Positions 11,730-23,570 of a stretch of 64,000 nucleotides of DNA are shown one piece after another. Source of the stretch: Antedon mediterranea (Eukaryota > Animalia > Echinodermata); contig NC_092676.1 of assembly GCF_964355755.1 (NCBI RefSeq), positions 9,091,888 to 9,155,887 on the forward strand, given 5' to 3'. The notes under the pieces are model-generated. The model had not been told where the DNA came from and did not search any database. It was given only the letters and a program-made list of their open reading frames with translations. How positions within the stretch are numbered: the stretch's first letter is position 1; each line of letters opens with the position of its first letter. The translations under genes were made by a program, and so were the position numbers.

Positions 11730-14491
11730 GGCAATACTTTGTGGTTCAACAAAATGTGAATAAATATCATTTACGATGGAAATTATGCCTGTAGTATTTT
11801 ATGGGCTATTTCATGACACCCTCTAGAACTAATAATTTCAGGTATAATGCCTAATTCTGTCCAGCACAACAAGATTTATACAAGAGTCATAGACACCATT
11901 CCAGTGAACTATATCGTGATTCGATTCGGAAAATATGGATATAAATATAAAAGCCACGTAAAATGTTAAGATACCTGCTGTTATCCGAGAATTTAATGAC
12001 GTTGTTATCATTGCTGGTAGCTTGCGTTGACATCACCATCTTGAATAAAGAATGATCTTTTTCTTCTCCATCGATTACCATCTTACCCTTAAAAAACCAA
12101 TGACGACTATGCTCACTAGAAAGAAGACAGAAAGCAAGAAAAAACCATTTGTAGGAATATTTTCAGGAATTTCTAAATACAGTAATGAAAGCTGAGAAAT
12201 GTTGCATAGATGAAAAGAATTTAAGTAAAGAATGGTCTATGTCTTAGGATTATCCATGGTTACAAATACTATTTTACATTATTTTAGGCTAGAAGGCAAA
12301 TAGACAATGCCACAATTGTTTTTCACCTGTTTTTTTTTTCAGTTATATATTGAGGCAGATGGTATCTTTGTTCTTTTTGACTGTTTTACTTCATTTACTT
12401 TATTTTTACCTCATTTTGATTTAGCTATTTAGCATATTCTATTTATATCTCTATCCAATCACTGATATACTCACAGCATTGCAATACTGTATTTTCAATA
12501 ATTTAGGTTTGTATTAAATAAAGATATTACTTTTACAAGACAGTAAAGAATGTAAATAAATATTCATGACCATCATTCACAGATGGTAAAACTTCATGCG
12601 ACTAAAACTAAAGTGCTTTGTACCTGTTAGACTGAGCCAAGTCAAAGAGTTCAACACTTGTTGGATTCCGTTTAACCTTTTCAATAAACATGTTGGTGTA
12701 AAAGTCTATGTCCCACGTATCAAAGGCAAGTCCTGCAGTAAAGAATAATACAAAATGTTTATAATGCAATATTAATAATAGAAATCTTCATCAACCATTT
12801 ATTGGTCATGATAAGCTTTGGTTTATAAATTCAATAACAATGAATTCTTAAATGAACAATGTATCCACAGACCGATTAAATAATTACTGTACAGTAATAT
12901 TAACTGGTTACTAGAACACACTTAAAAGAATATGAAATCATGTTGGATGTTAAGCTAAATGTAATGTTAAAGACCTATTCCCTACAATTTTTGCCTTGTC
13001 TTTTCTGTTTTATGGTAAATTATGATAAAAAGAAAGAAACAATACACATGCACAATGCATGTTATGATTTATAGAAAGTCTCTAAATGATTAGAATCAAC
13101 TTATTTTTCAAATTTTTAACAGTTTTAAAGACGAAAAAGTTATCGCATACATATTTATTTTTACATTAAATGTAGTTTGTGACCTATAATTAGATCTAAA
13201 AACGTAGGAAATGGGACTTTAATCATAATATAATGATATACAGTATCAACACAAAGTTACCTATATTAATTTTAAAGTTAAGTTAATAATAGAAAAAACT
13301 GAAATAGAATTAAAAAACACAGGAGTTTAACACAGTTCAAAGATCATCTATACTTGGGAAACATGATTGAGAGTACTACAATCACCTAATTCTTTGTTTG
13401 CCTTTTCCAGAGCAACTTTTCCTTCACCTATAACATCAATTTCAAAGACTTCTTCTGGTTTAGCTTTAATTTCAAAGCTGCTGATTGGTTCGTGGTAGCG
13501 ACATTCCGTCATACGATCGTGAAGTACGGCTACCAGTAGCTTCTCTTCCTCGGGGCTGATAGACGCAGCAATGCCATGATCGTCGGCTACGTTTATAAGA
13601 TAGCGAATAGAACGCTCAATACGAGTCACATGGTTGATTCCAGCCGATTGGCAGATTGAGACGGCATTTGTTGACCAGGCCGTAGAGAAGTTCAACCTGT
13701 GTGTATAAAAATTAAACTTATTATATCATATACAGTAGATAGTGTAATGTAATGTCCATGATATTAAATATACAGTCAACATATTCTGCCATGCATGTTT
13801 ATGCCCACCTTTCTTAATTTATGCCTATTACCTTATTGAACAACAAAAATTATGACTTTTACTTTTTCAGATATTACCTACCGAATAACAAAACATACAG
13901 TATTATTTATTAATACTTATTCTCAACTGAAACCGACACTAACACTGTACGACTAGACAAGAAGGGTAATTTGTTAATTAAAAAACATTTTCTGACCTAG
14001 GCCCAATTTCAATCAGAAGTCCATCAGGTTCTTGATCATCTTCAACTATGATTGACTTGGTCAGCAGACTAAATTCTTCAAAAGGGGTACCTAAGATCCA
14101 TTGTATTTTCTTCTGTTCTTCACCACTGAGTCAATCTATGAAAATAATACACAGTTTAATTGACATTTTCAAAATAATATTAGTTTGGCAAAACAATTTA
14201 TTAAAATTTAAATTAGAAAGGAAGAGTACCTACCTCCGTTTACTTCCACATTAAAACAAATTTCCGTTTTTAAATCTTGCAATTTAGAATTTTCCAACTG
14301 CTTTGCTAATTTCTTCCACAAAACATTTGAAGCCCCTGGGAGTAATGCCGGACTTTTATAAAACCGAGTAATGATAGTCATATTCTTTAAAAAAATAAAT
14401 TATTAAATATTAGATCTATATTATTTTATATATTATTATTTATTATTATTGATGTTTACACTAAAAAAGTATAACTATAAAGTATATGACT

Positions 14492-17400
14492 TATAATAAT
14501 AATAATAATAAGCTTTATTTAATCACGGATACTTAACTTCAACTGAAAGTTGTTTTTCAGTAAGACCGTGTTTAAAGGAAAACACCAACAAAAATAAATG
14601 TAAAAAGACCTTAATTACTATCAAAAGAGATAAAAAAACAAAAAAACAATTACAATGAAATAAAATGAACCAAGGGTACACTTACTAACTATAAAATTAA
14701 ATAATACACTACATTTAAATAAAGCTACATGAAATTAGCAGTTAACAGTTTCTTAAAAAGAGAGACACTGTTCACATTTTTAATATCTTCATTTAGCTCA
14801 TTCCTAACCTTGGCACCTCTATATGATAAGCTACGTTTTTGGTTTTGGTACTATTAAATTTGCCTTAGTTCTAATATTATAGTAATTGTTTTTGATATTG
14901 AATTTATTTTTATTAAATATGGAGGTGCAAGGTTGTTCATAATCTTAAACATAACAATAGCTTCATTTACATATAATATTTCATCTAAGTTCATCCAATT
15001 TAGACTTTGTAGAGCTTGAGTACTAGAGTGATCTGTAATTCGCGTAGCTTCAGAGTCGATGTGGCAAGGTTAGATGGTGGTTGTTGTACGGTATCACCAA
15101 GCACATCAAACGTGTTACTTGAGATTGTGCTAATGCCATTTTGTTTACAGTATAGATTAGGTTTAGATACAAACTTTTTGGGTATTGCTAAACTGCGCAA
15201 ACAACAACAAAAGCTGCGCAAACCTCCTTCAAAACAATTATTATTGATTAGAACACAACTAGAACTATATAGGGAGACAATTTATGGGAAAAAGAATTTA
15301 AAATTCCTTTAAGTTTGCCTTTTTTTGGGTGAAAAACTTCAATTTTTGGGAAAATTACTGATTTAACAGCGCAAAGAACAAAAAAAGCTGCGCAAACCTC
15401 TCTCAAAACAATTAATATTGATAGAACACAACTAGAACTATATAGTGAGACAATTTATGAAGAAAAAAATTGAAATTCCTTTAAGTTTGCCTTTTTTTGG
15501 GTGAAAAACTTCAATTTTTGGGAAAATTACTGATTTCACAGCGCAAACAACAAAAAAAGCTGCGCAAACCTCCTTTAAATCAATTAATATTGATTAGATA
15601 ACAACTAGAACTATATAGGGAGACAATTTATGGGAAAACAAATTTGAATTTCCTTTGAGTTTGCCTTTTTTTGGGTGAAAAACTTCAATTTTTGGGAAAA
15701 TTACTGATTTCACAGCGCAAACCCCCAAAAAAGCTGCGCAAACCTCCTTCAAAACAATTAATATTGATAGAACACAACTAGAACTATATAAGGAGACAAT
15801 TTATGGGGAAAAAAATTGAAATTCCTTTAAGTTTGCCTTTTTTTGGGTGAAAAACTTCAATCTTTGGGAAAATTACTGATTTCACACCACAAACAACAAA
15901 AAAAGCTGCAAAACCTCCTTCAAAACAATTAATATTGATAGAACACAACTAGAACTATATAGGGAGACAATTTATGGGAAAAAAATTGAAATTCCTTTAA
16001 GTTTGCTTTTTTTTTGGTGAAAAACTTCAATTTTTGGGAAAATTACTTATTTCACAGCGCAAACAAAAAAAAAAGCTGCGCAAACCTCCTTTAAATCAAT
16101 TAATATTGATAGATAACAACTAAACTATATAGGGAGACAATTTATGGGAAAACAAATTTGAAATTCCTTCAAGTTTGCCTTTTTTGGGTTAAAAACTATT
16201 AATGTTAAGTAAACTTAAAGGAATTTCAAATTTGTTTTCCCATAAATTGTTTCCCTATATAGTTCTAGTTGTGTTCTATCAATATTAATTGATTTAAAGG
16301 AGGTTTGCGCAGCTTTTTTTGTTGTTTGTGCTGTGAAATCAATAATTTTCCCAAAAATTGAAGTTTTTCACCCAAAAAAAAGAAAACTTAAAGGAATTTC
16401 AAATTTGTTTTCCCATAAATTGTCTCTTTATATAGTTCTAGTTGTTATCTAATCAATATTAATTGATTTAAAGGAGGTTTGCGCAGCTTTTTTTTTTAGG
16501 TTTGCGCTGTGAAATCAGTAATTTTCCCAAAAATTGAACTTTTTACCCAAAAAAAGGCAAACTTAAAGGAATTTGAAATTTTTTTCCCATAAATTGTCTC
16601 CCTATATAGGTCTAGTTGTGTTTTAATCAATATTAATTGATTTAAAGGAGGTTTGCGCAGCTTTTTTTGGAGGTTTGCGCTGTGAAATCAGTAATTTTCC
16701 CAAAAATTGAAGTTTTTCACCCAAAAAAAGTCAAACTTAAAGGAATTTTATATTTTTTCCCCATAAATTGTCTCCCTATATAGGTCTAGTTGTGTTTTAA
16801 TCAATATTAATTTTTTTGTTGTTTGCGCAGTTTAGCAATACCCAACTTTTTAGGTAGTTCAAATTCAGGTTCACTTGCAATATTCTGTAAACTAAGAATT
16901 TGTTGCTCAAGAGACCAGTTTCTTTCACTCATTTCTTTAAAAGCTTTACTAAGGTGAACAAAATTTGAATGGATTTCTTGAATTAGTGTAGCTGTTGTTT
17001 TAATTCAGAAACTTTCTCATCAGTTTGCTTTATTTTCAGCTTTAGTGATGGGATCTGGTCCCATTATTTAGGTGTTTGAGTTGAACAATCAATTGCTTTC
17101 ACAAACTCAGAGGATTTACAATTCTGACTGTAATCGTTGAGTGTTATTTCTTCAATTAACGGCGCTGTTCCAATATTTAGCTCGTCTTTTTTTATTTCCT
17201 TTCATAATCATAGCTTAATTTTCTGAATAGATCAATATTATCAGGAGTCGATGTTTCAAATGCAAGCCTATCAAAATGACTTCTAAGTTCATCATATGCA
17301 AAGCCATAAAAGCTAGAGTTTGTTGTATCTAGAATGCTTGGAGCTTTTATATGACCATAGCTAGGCCACTGGTTTTCCATTGTTAGCTTTGTTTGAAATT

Positions 17401-17670
17401 GGGCGGAAAAAGCTTGTGTACTTACTTGAACAATAGAAAGCTGGTGTATCAATTGTTCTTGCTTGAGCCTAAGATCCTCAACATGAAAAAACACTTAATA
17501 TCCTGCTTATAATATTGACTTTGACAATAAAAATTACATCTCCGTGTTGAGAAAATAACAGTTTAGACAATTTATCAGTCACTAGGTGGTAGAAAGTTGA
17601 AAACTATTTTATGGAGAAGATTTTTCAATAGCTTTTTTCAAGAGCTTCTTGGCTTGGCTAAGTCGAAACT
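14492..17670 (-). mobile_element. Internally deleted CR1/L2-group LINE (ORF1 5' part fused to ORF2 3' end), interrupted by the foldback element
   Basis: ORF2 end: LQSLNWMNL..VMFKIMNNLAPPYL..KRSLSYRGAKVRNEL..FKKL. The 3' UTR ends AAATAAAGC(TTA)n. Upstream is a coiled-coil-like frame with FELPKKF..ISSNTFDVL. The 5' boundary is approximate. Confidence 0.75.
15180..16843. mobile_element. Foldback-type element with arms of ~173-bp subrepeats and an 8-bp TSD (AACTTTTT)
   Basis: Termini GGGTATTGCTAAACTGCGCAAAC / GTTTGCGCAGTTTAGCAATACCC. TSD at 15172-15179 and 16844-16851. Orientation switches at ~16200. Confidence 0.9.
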
Positions 17671-19809
17671 GGTTTTAATTAATTAATTTTATCCTAAAAA
17701 AGTACAAGATTGCCCATATATTATTAGGCTATCTAGGACCAGGTTCTTTCTATGAATATAGGCTAGGCTATATTTATATGTAACTCGGCGTTTACGCCAA
17801 AAAAACATGAGCCTGGTTTTTATTTAGTAGGCCTAGCCTAGTCGACAACATCATTCCCGCACTTTCATCGTTCATTTTATAAGTTGTCCGTCCTAAATAA
17901 GGGCCTAGCTAGGCTTACCTAGCCCATTAAGCCTAGCCTAAATTGTAGTCATCAGAAAGAGCACTAATAAAAAAAACAGATGCACAATAAGTAATCACAA
18001 ACTCAGAGGATTTACAATTCCGACTGTAATCGTTGAGTGTTATTTTTTCAATTAACGGCGCTGTTTCAATATTTAGCTCGTCTTTTTTTATTTCCTTTCA
18101 TAATCATAGCTTAATTTTCTGAATAGATCAATATTATCAGGAGTCGATGTTTCAAATGCAAGCCTATCAAAATGACTTCTAAGTTCATCATATGCAAAGC
18201 CATAAAAGCTAGAGTTTGTTATATCTAGAATGCTTGGAGCTTTTATATGACCATAGCTAGGCCACTGGTTTTCCATTGTTAGCTTTGTTTGAAATTGGGC
18301 GGAAAAAGCTTGTGTACTTACTTGAACAATAGAAAGCTGGTGTATCAATTGTTCTTGCTTGAGCCTAAGATCCTCAACATGAAAAAACACTTAATATCCT
18401 GCTTATAATATTGACTTTGACAATAAAAATTACATCTCCATGTTGAGAAAACAACAGTTTAGACAATTTATCAGTCACTAGGTGGTAGAAAGTTGAAAAC
18501 TATTTTATGGAGAAGATTTTTCAATAGCTTTTTTCAAGAGCTTCTTGGCTTGGCTAAGTCGAAACTGGTTTTAATTAATTAATTTTATCCTAAAAAAGTA
18601 CAAGATTGCCCATATATTATTAGGCTATCTAGGACCAGGTTCTTTCTATGAATATAGGCTAGGCTATATTTATATGTAACTCGGCGTTTACGCCAAAAAA
18701 ACATGAGCCTGGTTTTTATTTAGTAGGCCTAGCCTAGTCGACAACATCATTCCCGCACTTTCATCGTTCATTTTATAAGTTGTCCGTCCTAAATAAGGGC
18801 CTAGCTAGGCTTACCTAGCCCATTAAGCCTAGCCTAAATTGTAGTCATCAGAAAGAGCACTAATAAAAAAAACAGATGCACAATAAGTAATCACAAACTC
18901 AGAGGATTTACAATTCTGACTGTAATCGTTGAGTGTTATTTCTTCAATTAACGGCGCTGTTTCAATATTTAGCTTGTCTGTTTTTATTTCCTTTCATAAT
19001 CATAGCTTAATTTTCTGAATAGATCAATATTATCAAGAGTCGATGTTTCAAATGCAAGCCTATCAAAATGACTTCTAAGTTCATCATATGCAAAGCCATA
19101 AAAGCTAGAGTTTGTTATATCTAGAATGCTTGGAGCTTGTATATGACCATAGCTAGGCCACTGGTATTCCATTGTTAGCTTTGTTTGAAATTTGGCGGAA
19201 AAAGCTTGTGTACTAATACTTGAACAATAGAAAGCTGGTGTATCAATTGTTCTTGCTTGAGCCTAAGATCCTCAACATGAAAAAACACTTAATATCCCGC
19301 TTATAATATTGACTTTGACAATAAAAATTACATCTCCATGTTGAGAAAACAACAGTTTAGACAATTTATCAGTCACTAGCTGGTAGAAAGTTGAAAACTA
19401 ATTTATAGAGAAGATTTTTCAATAGCTTTTTTCAAGAGCTTCTTGGCTTGGCTAAGACTGTCGAAACTGGTTTTAATTAATTAATTTTATCCTAAAAAAG
19501 TACAAGATTGCCCATATATTATAGGCTATCTAGGACCAGGTTCTTTCTATAAATATATGCTAGGCTATATTTATATGTAACTCGGCGTTTACGTCAAAAA
19601 AACATGAGCCTGGTTTTTATTTAGTAGGCCTAGCCTAGTCGACAACATCATTCCCGCACTTCCATCGTTCATTTTATAAGTAGTCCGTTCTAAATAAAAG
19701 GGCCTACCCTAGGCCTAGCTAGCTAGGCTTACCTGCCCATTAGGCCTAGCCTAAATTGTAGTCATCAGAAAGAGCACTAATCAAAAAACAGATACACAAT
19801 AAGTAATCA
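17099..19809. repeat. 896-bp tandem repeat, three copies
   Basis: TCACAAACTCAGAGG at 17099, 17995 and 18891. The repeated ORFs end at 17192, 18088 and 18984. Confidence 0.95.
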
Positions 19810-19852
19810 ATGATATATCAATATTTTAACACACAAACAGAAAATGAAACCA

Positions 19853-20040
19853 ACTTACAGTATGTTTAGAACGGGGCTAAGCTTGCAAACAAATACTGTG
19901 TAGGCTAGGCCTACTACTCTCTCCGCGAGCGTAAACATCATTTAATCCACATGTGTTCGGTCATAGAGAAAAGTTTACTTTCTATTGACTATGCATGGTT
20001 CGGTACGGTCTGATGATTTTGAAGAGCGCCACCAATAATT
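19853..20040 (-). promoter_or_regulatory. Candidate PFAS promoter and non-coding first exon
   Basis: Consensus donor GTAAGT at 19858-19853 (minus strand) beside a locally CpG-richer patch (CCGCGAGCG, GAGCGCCACC). The ATG exon is preceded by an acceptor-like TTTTTTAAAG|AATATG. Confidence 0.4.
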
Positions 20041-20823
20041 TAGTAAGTGAGTCAAAAGGTTGATACGAAGAATTAATAATGTCATTGAATGATATAATAA
20101 TTGCATAATAATAAAGTAATACTAATTATAATCGAATGAAGAAATGATACATTTATTCTATAATATCATTCGTAATAAAAAAAATTTACACAATTACGAT
20201 TATTGACTCATTTAAAATCATGAACGATGCGAGTTGCGAACCTTTCAATTGATTTGATTAAAAATGACTATAGGAGGCTCCAAATATCTACGAAATATGT
20301 TATCCGAGATACAGAACAAAGAATTTGTAAACCAATTGAATATTTTTAATGACAGTAAATATGAAAATGTGTGTGTTTATTAGAGTGTGCATATCCATTC
20401 AACAGTATCGACTGTAAACATCGTGAGGTGGTTTCCACATTCGTATGATCAAACGGTACAGGGTATGATCAACTAGCGTTCGTGTTCCCACCTATAATCA
20501 TCCATTCATAGAAGTACTGATGAAGATATCAATCTGTGGCAACAATAGAATGGACCCGAGACCTGGCTATCTTCGACTTTTAAATGATAGAAAGTTTTGA
20601 AAATTTTGTTTCTAGAAATGTACGTTGTATGATGTATAGGCCTATGTTTATTAAAAAATTGTTGTAGTTTTCTAAATTACATTGTACAAGTTGCGAAGAG
20701 GAAACTGTTATTTGATCGTAAGTTAACGTGTACATAAAGCAAAACTATCCATCCATAGGGTCATTTATCTTTTGCTAATTAATCTCCTCTTGCTTGATTG
20801 CACTCAAGCAACAATACTACCAT

Positions 20824-21679
20824 TGTAATAGCACAATGGAAGATTAAAAGATAAACTAAATCACACAGTACAGTCTAAATACTAAAACAACTAAAACAAT
20901 TCAATACAAAACTTAATTTAAAGGTATTAGATCAGGCATCAAGTCTGCCCAAAATAATGATAAAAGTATGCACATCACTCACCTAAAATAGAGAGCCAAT
21001 ATCCTCATTGAGTGCATGGAGGTATACCTCCATGTTGAGTGTAATAAAAATAACTTCAAAACTTTAAGTGTACAAACTGTACAACGTGTAAATATCACAA
21101 TCTTCTTTAGCTTGAATTGTACTTTAAACTTAGTACTCTTTTAGTATACCGTATATAATATATATATATATGTCTTTCAGTACTTTCAAATAGGTTCTCG
21201 AACTCAACGTTGTTCGAAATGTAAAAGTATATAAAGTTGAAATTTAATTAAAGTTGGAGTGTCCAGCACGTCCGATGGCAAGAGGCAAAGAGAAAGAAAT
21301 CTCCCAAAACATACCCTAATGTCATCCAAAATTGTCAAACAAGGTTTACCCCTATTGGTCCATTCTTGTTACTAGGCAAAACTCAAGAGGGGTAAATTGA
21401 CCGATTGGTCAATTCCCAAATTTAGGACCTCCCATTTAAATAGATAAACATGTAAGAAGATTAAAACAGAACAAAGAGAATTCTTAAAAGGATTAATTAA
21501 CAAAATGATTAAAACATATGCAGTTCCAAGGAAAAGCAATATAATGCAAACATCTTAATGCTATATTGATAAACAATCTTGCCCACCCACTGCACCCAGC
21601 TGCATTACATTGTAGGTACATTGGAAAATAATAAAAAGTAAAGGAAAAGAAAACATGTCTAAAACATGACAGGGTTACA
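20824..21679 (-). mobile_element. 3' LTR of an LTR retrotransposon (~855 bp) preceded by a PPT
   Basis: Minus strand TGTAAC...ATTACA gives inverted termini TGTAA/TTACA. The purine tract AGGGGAGGA lies immediately 5'. Confidence 0.72.
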
Positions 21680-23570
21680 TCCTCCCCTAACTTAAATTGC
21701 TACCTTCGGGAGCAAAAACACAAAATATCAAACATTACAAGTAGAGTCACCAGTCAAAGTGGAAAAAAAAAAAGGATTAAAATCGTATCTGTTTAATTTA
21801 TCTTGGTGAACAGGAAGTGTGATATAAACTCATTCTGCCTGGACACAATTTCAGTAATATTCACAATAACTTTTTCGTTATTAAGTTGATTGCTATAGTC
21901 TTGAATTTTTTGAAGAATTATTATAGATTTTTTTGCAACAAAATCTTTCCAGTAGTTCAAAAGTTATGATAAAATATCTAATTTTTCTGAGATATCCTTG
22001 TGGCTATTCTAATTATTACACACACCCCACTGCTCAAATGCATGTTGGCTATTCCAAACTTGCTGGCTAGTCTGAAGATAGTACAGTTGGTAGGGATTCT
22101 CATAGAGATATTTTCACTATAATATATCTATGGCATTCTCAATGTGTACACATAAGTAATTAAATAATTCCTTGCTGTTGGAAGTTTATTTTTAATATCA
22201 ATAAAGTAAATAACAAAATAAAGAATTAGCTATAATTATAACACATTTAAAATGAATGCCTTTTATAATTAGTTACCTAAAGTAACTTTACTCCACTTTT
22301 TTTTACATATAATATAATAATTTATTTGGAAGCTACACTTTTGAAACAGTGGCACACTTCTTGAATGAAGGTGCATCCAGAGTAAGTAAAATAAATAAAT
22401 ATTATTTAACAATAGGCCTATTAGTACAAGAGTCAACTTATTTGACAAAAGAACGCATTTCAATTAGTCAATTTACATGTTGAAAAATAATCAAAATATT
22501 CATTAAGTACCTAAATATAATTACAATTTTCACTTTAATGTGTTTTTATTATTCTGTGCCTGCTAATTTTTTAGATAGACAATATAATGAACAAAGAACA
22601 GAATCCAATAAACATTAAAGGAAATGAACTAGGCCTACAGACCTATTGTTAATTTGTAGAGTCCTATGAAAAGAAATTTGAAGAACAAAAGGCATAATGG
22701 GTGGAAACCATTATACAGAATATAATAGATGATATCAGTAATGTGTAAATGTACTGGTGGTGTAAAGAAAAGGTAAAACAAAAAGAGATATCTTTTGATT
22801 TGTTAAATCTAGGCCAGTAGGTAGGTAGGTCTGTTACCATGTTTGTTTAAAACAATCAGGACAGACGATGGACTCGGACAGCCAGGCCCATAAATAAAAT
22901 AGGGAGAGGCTTAGGCCATTCCTAGACATAACCGCAAAATAATCAATTAAACTCTTAAAATCAATCTAACCCCAATAAACTGAACTTAAATAATCTTTTC
23001 TATATCAGTAAAATCGTGCGTGAACTATAGTCAAAACCCGCTAAAAACTCGGGCCTGTCGCGTTGGGCCCAATGTTGGTAGCAGGCTACTTATCCATGTG
23101 TGTATTATCGTTTACATTTTCGTTGGAGATTTTCAGTGTAGTTTTGAAAAGAAATGATGTTAGTCTTATACTAATACTAAATTAATTAGATTATTTTACG
23201 GAAAATATATTTTTATTAAAATTATAATTTTAATCGCAGAAAATAAATTTTGGAGAGTTTAACATAAATAAAAAGCCTGATTGATAACAAAATAATTGCA
23301 TCACCTTTTATTTTAACCCTGTGAAATGCGATTGTGTTTTGAAACTATAGGGTGGGTGTTTTCCAATGTTATTTTTAGTGCGCATATTTTGCTCACCACC
23401 GGCATCTGTGCTTATTTTTGAAATACTTAATAATAGATAAAATACATTTTAATATATAATAATATAAAATATATATTATATAATATAATTTTATTTATAT
23501 GAATTTTATTGCGTATTTATTTTAAAATATGCAAATATGCCTCAATTATTAGTGACAAAGGACAAGGAAG

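Larger units (their letters stand above)
5687..14381 (-). pseudogene. PFAS: PFAS copy 1, disrupted
   Basis: About 21 GT-AG exons run from ATG 14381 ([11 protein letters not shown]) to the stop at 5687. Motifs: [56 protein letters not shown]. Lesions: TGC>TGA at codon 51 (14131-14133), acceptor AG>GG at 7795, 12-bp deletion near 8645. Confidence 0.9.
1..21430. repeat. Unit 1 of ~20-kb tandem PFAS amplicon (phase arbitrary)
   Basis: CCCATTTAAATAGATAAACATG recurs at 1, 21431, 41076 and 61782. The whole ORF track repeats in the same order and orientation. Confidence 0.97.

Noticed and set aside
14131-14133. TGA replacing Cys as possible selenocysteine
   Set aside because: No SECIS was recognised, and the same copy has a splice lesion and other damaging changes.
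5687-14381. Herpesvirus-type vFGARAT or bacterial purL transfer
   Set aside because: The gene has about 20 spliceosomal introns and an intact catalytic triad, and no viral genes are nearby.
15180-16843. Regular repeats resembling a CRISPR array
   Set aside because: The monomers are ~173 bp with no unique spacers, and the context is eukaryotic with introns.
17192-17494. Repeated 100-aa ORF as a novel multicopy gene
   Set aside because: Non-ATG start, disrupted in some copies, and better explained as a decayed LINE ORF1 inside the 896-bp repeat.
17836-17846. CTAG|TC as a Helitron head-to-tail junction explaining the array
   Set aside because: There is no convincing subterminal hairpin or Rep/helicase, and CTAG words are abundant locally.
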